Of a stretch of DNA of 64,000 nucleotides, positions 60,186 to 64,000 are shown piece by piece. Made by a program: the position numbers and the translations under genes. Under the pieces are notes generated by a model. The model saw only the letters and a list, made by a program, of their open reading frames with translations. It made no database searches and was not told the DNA's origin. This DNA is from an uncultured Gemmataceae bacterium (GTDB taxonomy: Bacteria > Planctomycetota > Planctomycetia > Gemmatales > Gemmataceae), in the NCBI GenBank assembly GCA_963750165.1, contig CAVVPN010000001.1, positions 32,001 to 96,000 on the forward strand. Direction: 5' to 3'. Each line of letters begins with the position of its first letter. The stretch's first letter is position 1.

Positions 60186-61500
60186 ATGGCCTACTTCCCC
60201 GAAGTCCCGACGATCCGTTACGAGGGCTCGACCTCGACCAACCCGCTCAGCTTCCGCCATTACAACGCCGACGAGAAGGTCGAAGGCAAGACCATGAAGG
60301 AGCACCTGCGCTTCGCCGTGGCCTACTGGCACACGCTGCGCGGCACGGGTAGCGACCCCTTCGGTCCCGGTTGTGCCAAACGCTCCTGGGAGGACGGCAC
60401 CGACTCGGTGGACATGGCTGTCACCCGCGTCAAGGTGATGTTCGAGTTCCTGGAAAAGCTCGGCGCCCCGTTCTACTGCTTCCACGACCGCGACGTGGCG
60501 CCGGAGGGCAAAAACCTCCGCGAGACCAACGCCAACCTGGATCGGGTCGTGAAGGTGCTCCGGGACGAGCAGCAGCGCACAGGCGTCAAGCTGCTGTGGG
60601 GCACCGCCAACCTGTTCAGCAATCCGCGCTTCGTGCATGGCGCCGCCACCAGCCCCAACGCCGACGTGTTCGCCTACGCCGCCGCCCAGGTCAAGAAGGC
60701 CATCGAGGTGACGAAGGACCTCGGCGGCGAGAACTACGTCTTCTGGGGCGGCCGCGAAGGTTACTCCAACCTGCTCAACACCGACCTGAAGCGTGAACTC
60801 GACCACCTGGCTCGCTTCTTCCACCTGGCCGTTGAGTACAAGAAGAAGATCGGCTTTGGCGGCCAATTCCTGATCGAGCCGAAGCCGAAGGAGCCGACCG
60901 TCCACCAGTACGACTTCGACTGCGCCGCCGTGGTCGCGTTCCTGCGCACCTACGGCCTGGCGGACCACTTCAAACTGAACGTCGAGACCAACCACGCGAC
61001 GCTGGCCGGCCACACGATGATGCACGAGCTGACGTACGCCTCGGCGCAAGGGCTGCTCGGTTCGATGGACGCCAACCGCGGCGATCTGCTGCTGGGCTGG
61101 GACACCGATCAGTTCCCGACGGACTATTACCTGACGACGCAGTGCATGCTGGTGATTCTGGGGCAGGGTGGCCTGGCGCCCGGCGGTATCAACTTCGACG
61201 CCAAGGTGCGCCGCGAGAGTTTCGAGCCGGTTGATCTGTTCCACGCGCCACATCGGCGGCATGGACGCCTTTGCGGCGGGGCTCAAGATCGCCGCCAGGG
61301 TCCGCGCCGAGGGCGTGCTCAAGGACTTCGTCAAGAAGCGCTACGCCTCGTGGGACGGCGGCATCGGCGCGAAGGTCGAGCAGCAGGCCGCTACCTTCGA
61401 GGATCTGGAAGCGTACATGCTCGAGAAGGGCGACGCGACGGCGAACGTGTCGGGGCGGCAGGAGATGCTGGAGAACCTCTTCAATCGGTATCTTTATTGA
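60186..61500 (+). CDS. xylA: Xylose isomerase (class II) with a +1 frameshift near 61248 (likely error)
   Basis: [39 protein letters not shown]-terminal [14 protein letters not shown] in the shifted frame. Confidence 0.93.
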
Positions 61501-61652
61501 TCCTCTTCTGCGGCGTGCTGCCGGGGGGAGCGCAGGAATCTGCAAGAAAATCGGCCGCGCTGCGCCCGGCGGGGGCTGATCACGGTTGCAGGCAGCGGCG
61601 GACGGAGCGCGGCGGCTGGCACGGCGGGGCGCCGGCTGTCGCCGGCTGACTG

Positions 61653-61692
61653 AGCAAGGACGCCAAGAACGCCAAGAACGCCAACTTTTTCA
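61653..61692. repeat. 40-bp repeat, inverted partner of 54369-54408
   Basis: AGCAAGGACGCCAAGAACGCCAAGAACGCCAACTTTTTCA. Confidence 0.9.
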
Positions 61693-63680
61693 CGAGCCGG
61701 GGCCTGGCGGCACGGTTCCCATCGGCGGGGTGCCACCAGGGGACATTCGCGCAGGCCAATCACCTCCCACACCAGGATCGTCGTGTCGGCGCTGCCGGAG
61801 GCGAGCACGCGGCCGTCGGGCGAGAACGCCAGCGCCGTCACGGCGCGGCGGTGGCCGGCAAAGCGCTGCAGTTGCCTGCCGTCGCTGGTCCGCCAGACGC
61901 AGACGGCCTTGCGGTCCGAACTGGCGAACCGGGTGCCGTCGGCGGAGAACGCGACGACATGGCCTTCCGGCAGCGGCAGCCGAAACCGGCGCCGCTCCTT
62001 GAGGGTGGCGGTGTCCCAGAACTGCATCAGGCCGTTGTCCGGGCCGCCCTGCACCACGCTGACCAGCGTCCTGCCGCCGTCCAGGAACGCGAGCGCCCAC
62101 GGCTGTCCGGTAAAGATCCCCTTGCCCGGGGCCGGACGAAACTCCGCGAGGTGCCGTTCCTGGCCGGTCGCCACGTCCCAGAGGCTGAGGCGGTGGCCGA
62201 CCGGGACGCGGTACATGGGGCCGTGGCGCCAGTAAATCGCCAGGGCGGCGAACGTCTTGCCGTCCGGGGCGAGCGCGGCCGTGACGATTTCCCCGGCCTT
62301 GCCCGGGGCCGTGAATTCCCGGGCCGCGGTGAGCTGGGGCACGTCCAGCACGGTGCAGGTCAGTCCCGCCTGGTAGGCGTTCCAGGCGAGCAGCTGCTTG
62401 CCGGCGGGCGCGACGCCAGCCGGGATCAGGCCCTTGGTAGCGTCCGCGCCGCGGCGTTCCTTGCCGGTGGCGAGGTCGAGCAGGCGAGGCGCTCCCCGCG
62501 CTGCCGAAGGCGACGGACTTGCTATCCGGAAGCACGGCCAGCCCACCTACTCTGCCCTCGGTTCCTTCCCAGTGCCAGCGGCGCGTTTCCTTGCCGGCAG
62601 TCGGGTCCCAGGCGCGGATGGTGTGGTCGTGGGCGACCGAGAGCAGGGTTCGGCCGTCCGGCGTGAACCGCAGCGCGGCCACCTCGGCGTGGTGTCCGTT
62701 CGCGAACCGTTCCTGGCCGCTGCGGCAGTCCCACAGGCGCACCGCATGCTTCCAGCCGCCGGCGGCGAGCGTCTGTCCGTCCGCGGAAAACGCCAGCACG
62801 TGGACCAACCCGGGGGCCGACCAGGGCGGGACGACCCGGTCGCCGGACAGGTCGAACACGCGGAGGATGCCGCGCCCGCTGGCCAGAGCCAGCGTCTTGC
62901 CGTCGGGGGCGATGGCCAGGGCCGTGACGTACTGTTCGTCGCTCGGGAAGCGCCGCGTCTCCTGGCCGGTGGCCGGGTCCCACAGGACCACTTCGCCCTT
63001 GCGGGCGAAGACGACCGTCTTGCCGTCTGGCGACACGGTGGCGACCCGGTTCAGGCGGCGCAGGCGCGGCGCGGCTTGCCGGTGGCGGCGTCCCAGACCT
63101 GCAGGGTGCTGGGCGAGTAGTCGCTCAGGGTGAAGCATGTCTTGCCGTCCGCCGCCACCCAGAGGCCGTACACCGCCCCGACGGCCCGCGGCTTGAAGCG
63201 GCGGACTTCCTGGCCGGTGTCGGTGCGGAAGACGCGGACGTTGCGCTCCGAGCCGCCGATGTACACCGTGGCCCCGTCGGCGGCAAAGGCGGCGGCGAAG
63301 ATCCATTCCGGCCCGGTCTTGCACACGCACCGCTCCTTGCCGCTGGCCGCCTCCACGATATGCAGGTCGAACCAGCCCGAGCGCAGCGCCAGCCAGTTGC
63401 CGTCGGGCGACACGGCGAGGAGGTCGCCCTGTTGGTAGCGGCGCTGCGCTTTGCCGGATTGCAGGTCCCAGCGGACGGCCTCGTAGCCCCGGCCGCACGA
63501 GAGCACGGTTTTGCCGTCGGGCGGAAAGCCGACGAAGGTCACGTCGTCGGTGTGGCGGAGGTCGAGCGTGCCCAGCCGCTGGCGCGCGCCGGGCGGCAGC
63601 GCCGGCTGGGCGGTGGCCCGCCCGGCGTCGGCCAGGGCCAGCGCCAGCAGGCACACGATAACTCGGGTTCGTGGTGTCAT
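61690..63680 (-). pseudogene. Secreted WD40-repeat protein split by at least two frameshifts (~63060, ~62490); 3' end uncertain
   Basis: Signal peptide and LPPGARQRLG in the 63051-63680 frame; WD repeats continue in two other frames to FSPDGRVLASGSADTTILVW. Confidence 0.8.
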
Positions 63681-63704
63681 GGGCCAGTCCCTCTCTCTTC
63701 GGGG

Positions 63705-64000
63705 TCAGCGCCAGCCGATCACGTCCCAGACCAGGATGGTGGTGTCCGCGCTGCCGGAGGCGAGCACGCGGCCGTCCGGCGAAAACGCCAGCGCGGTCAC
63801 CTCGTCGCGATGCCCGCGGAAGCGCTTCACCAGCCGGCCGGTGTCCGTCCGCCAGACGTTGACGGCGGCGTCGTCAGCGAAGTCGGTGCCGGCCACGAAC
63901 CGGCCGTCCGGCGCGAACGCCAGGTCGTAATCAAAAGGCAGCGGCAGCGGCAGCCGGAACCGGCGCCGCTCCTGCAGGCTGTCCACGTCCCAGAGCTGCA
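63705..64000 (-). CDS. WD40-repeat protein, C-terminal part (5' end outside window)
   Basis: GHRDEVTALAFSPDGRVLASGSADTTILVWD; paralogous to the adjacent WD40 C-terminus. Confidence 0.85.
   Translation of the reverse strand, partial: QLWDVDSLQERRRFRLPLPLPFDYDLAFAPDGRFVAGTDFADDAAVNVWRTDTGRLVKRFRGHRDEVTALAFSPDGRVLASGSADTTILVWDVIGWR

Noticed and set aside
61240..61260. Programmed frameshift in xylA
   Set aside because: No slippery heptamer; one extra base in a conserved enzyme among several similar indels points to error

Overview
High-GC bacterial chromosomal segment, very probably a planctomycete (Gemmataceae-like). This is inferred from a DUF1549/DUF1553 protein, a BBP7-type beta-barrel, a TIGR03067-PDZ protein, a LEPRxLL-type exported protein and typical secreted WD40 proteins. 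It is mostly housekeeping and metabolic genes (zwf, manC, ruvX, mrp, sucAB-lpdA, rpsR, rmlAC, xylA, a sulfatase, an MFS transporter) in scrambled order, and most intergenic spaces hold REP-like palindromes of many families. Accessory features: (i) two single-gene insertions, each bracketed by a ~105-110 bp diverged duplication of the neighbouring gene's promoter/start, with no mobility gene; (ii) a ~1.9 kb integrase-less island at tRNA-Glu (17 bp att repeat, arm-like repeats, two paralogous exported proteins) followed by an uncommon tRNA-Arg(GCG); (iii) a solitary integron-type cassette without intI, next to a retropepsin-protease / unknown / HEPN gene trio; (iv) a GIY-YIG plus PIN toxin-antitoxin islet; (v) an orphan consensus sigma-54 promoter pointing into a structured non-coding stretch; (vi) apparently catalytically dead MurB and nucleoside-hydrolase homologues. 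Several 1-2 nt frameshifts in conserved genes look like long-read errors. No CRISPR array, rRNA, integrase or transposase was seen. All family calls are from motif recognition by eye, not database searches.
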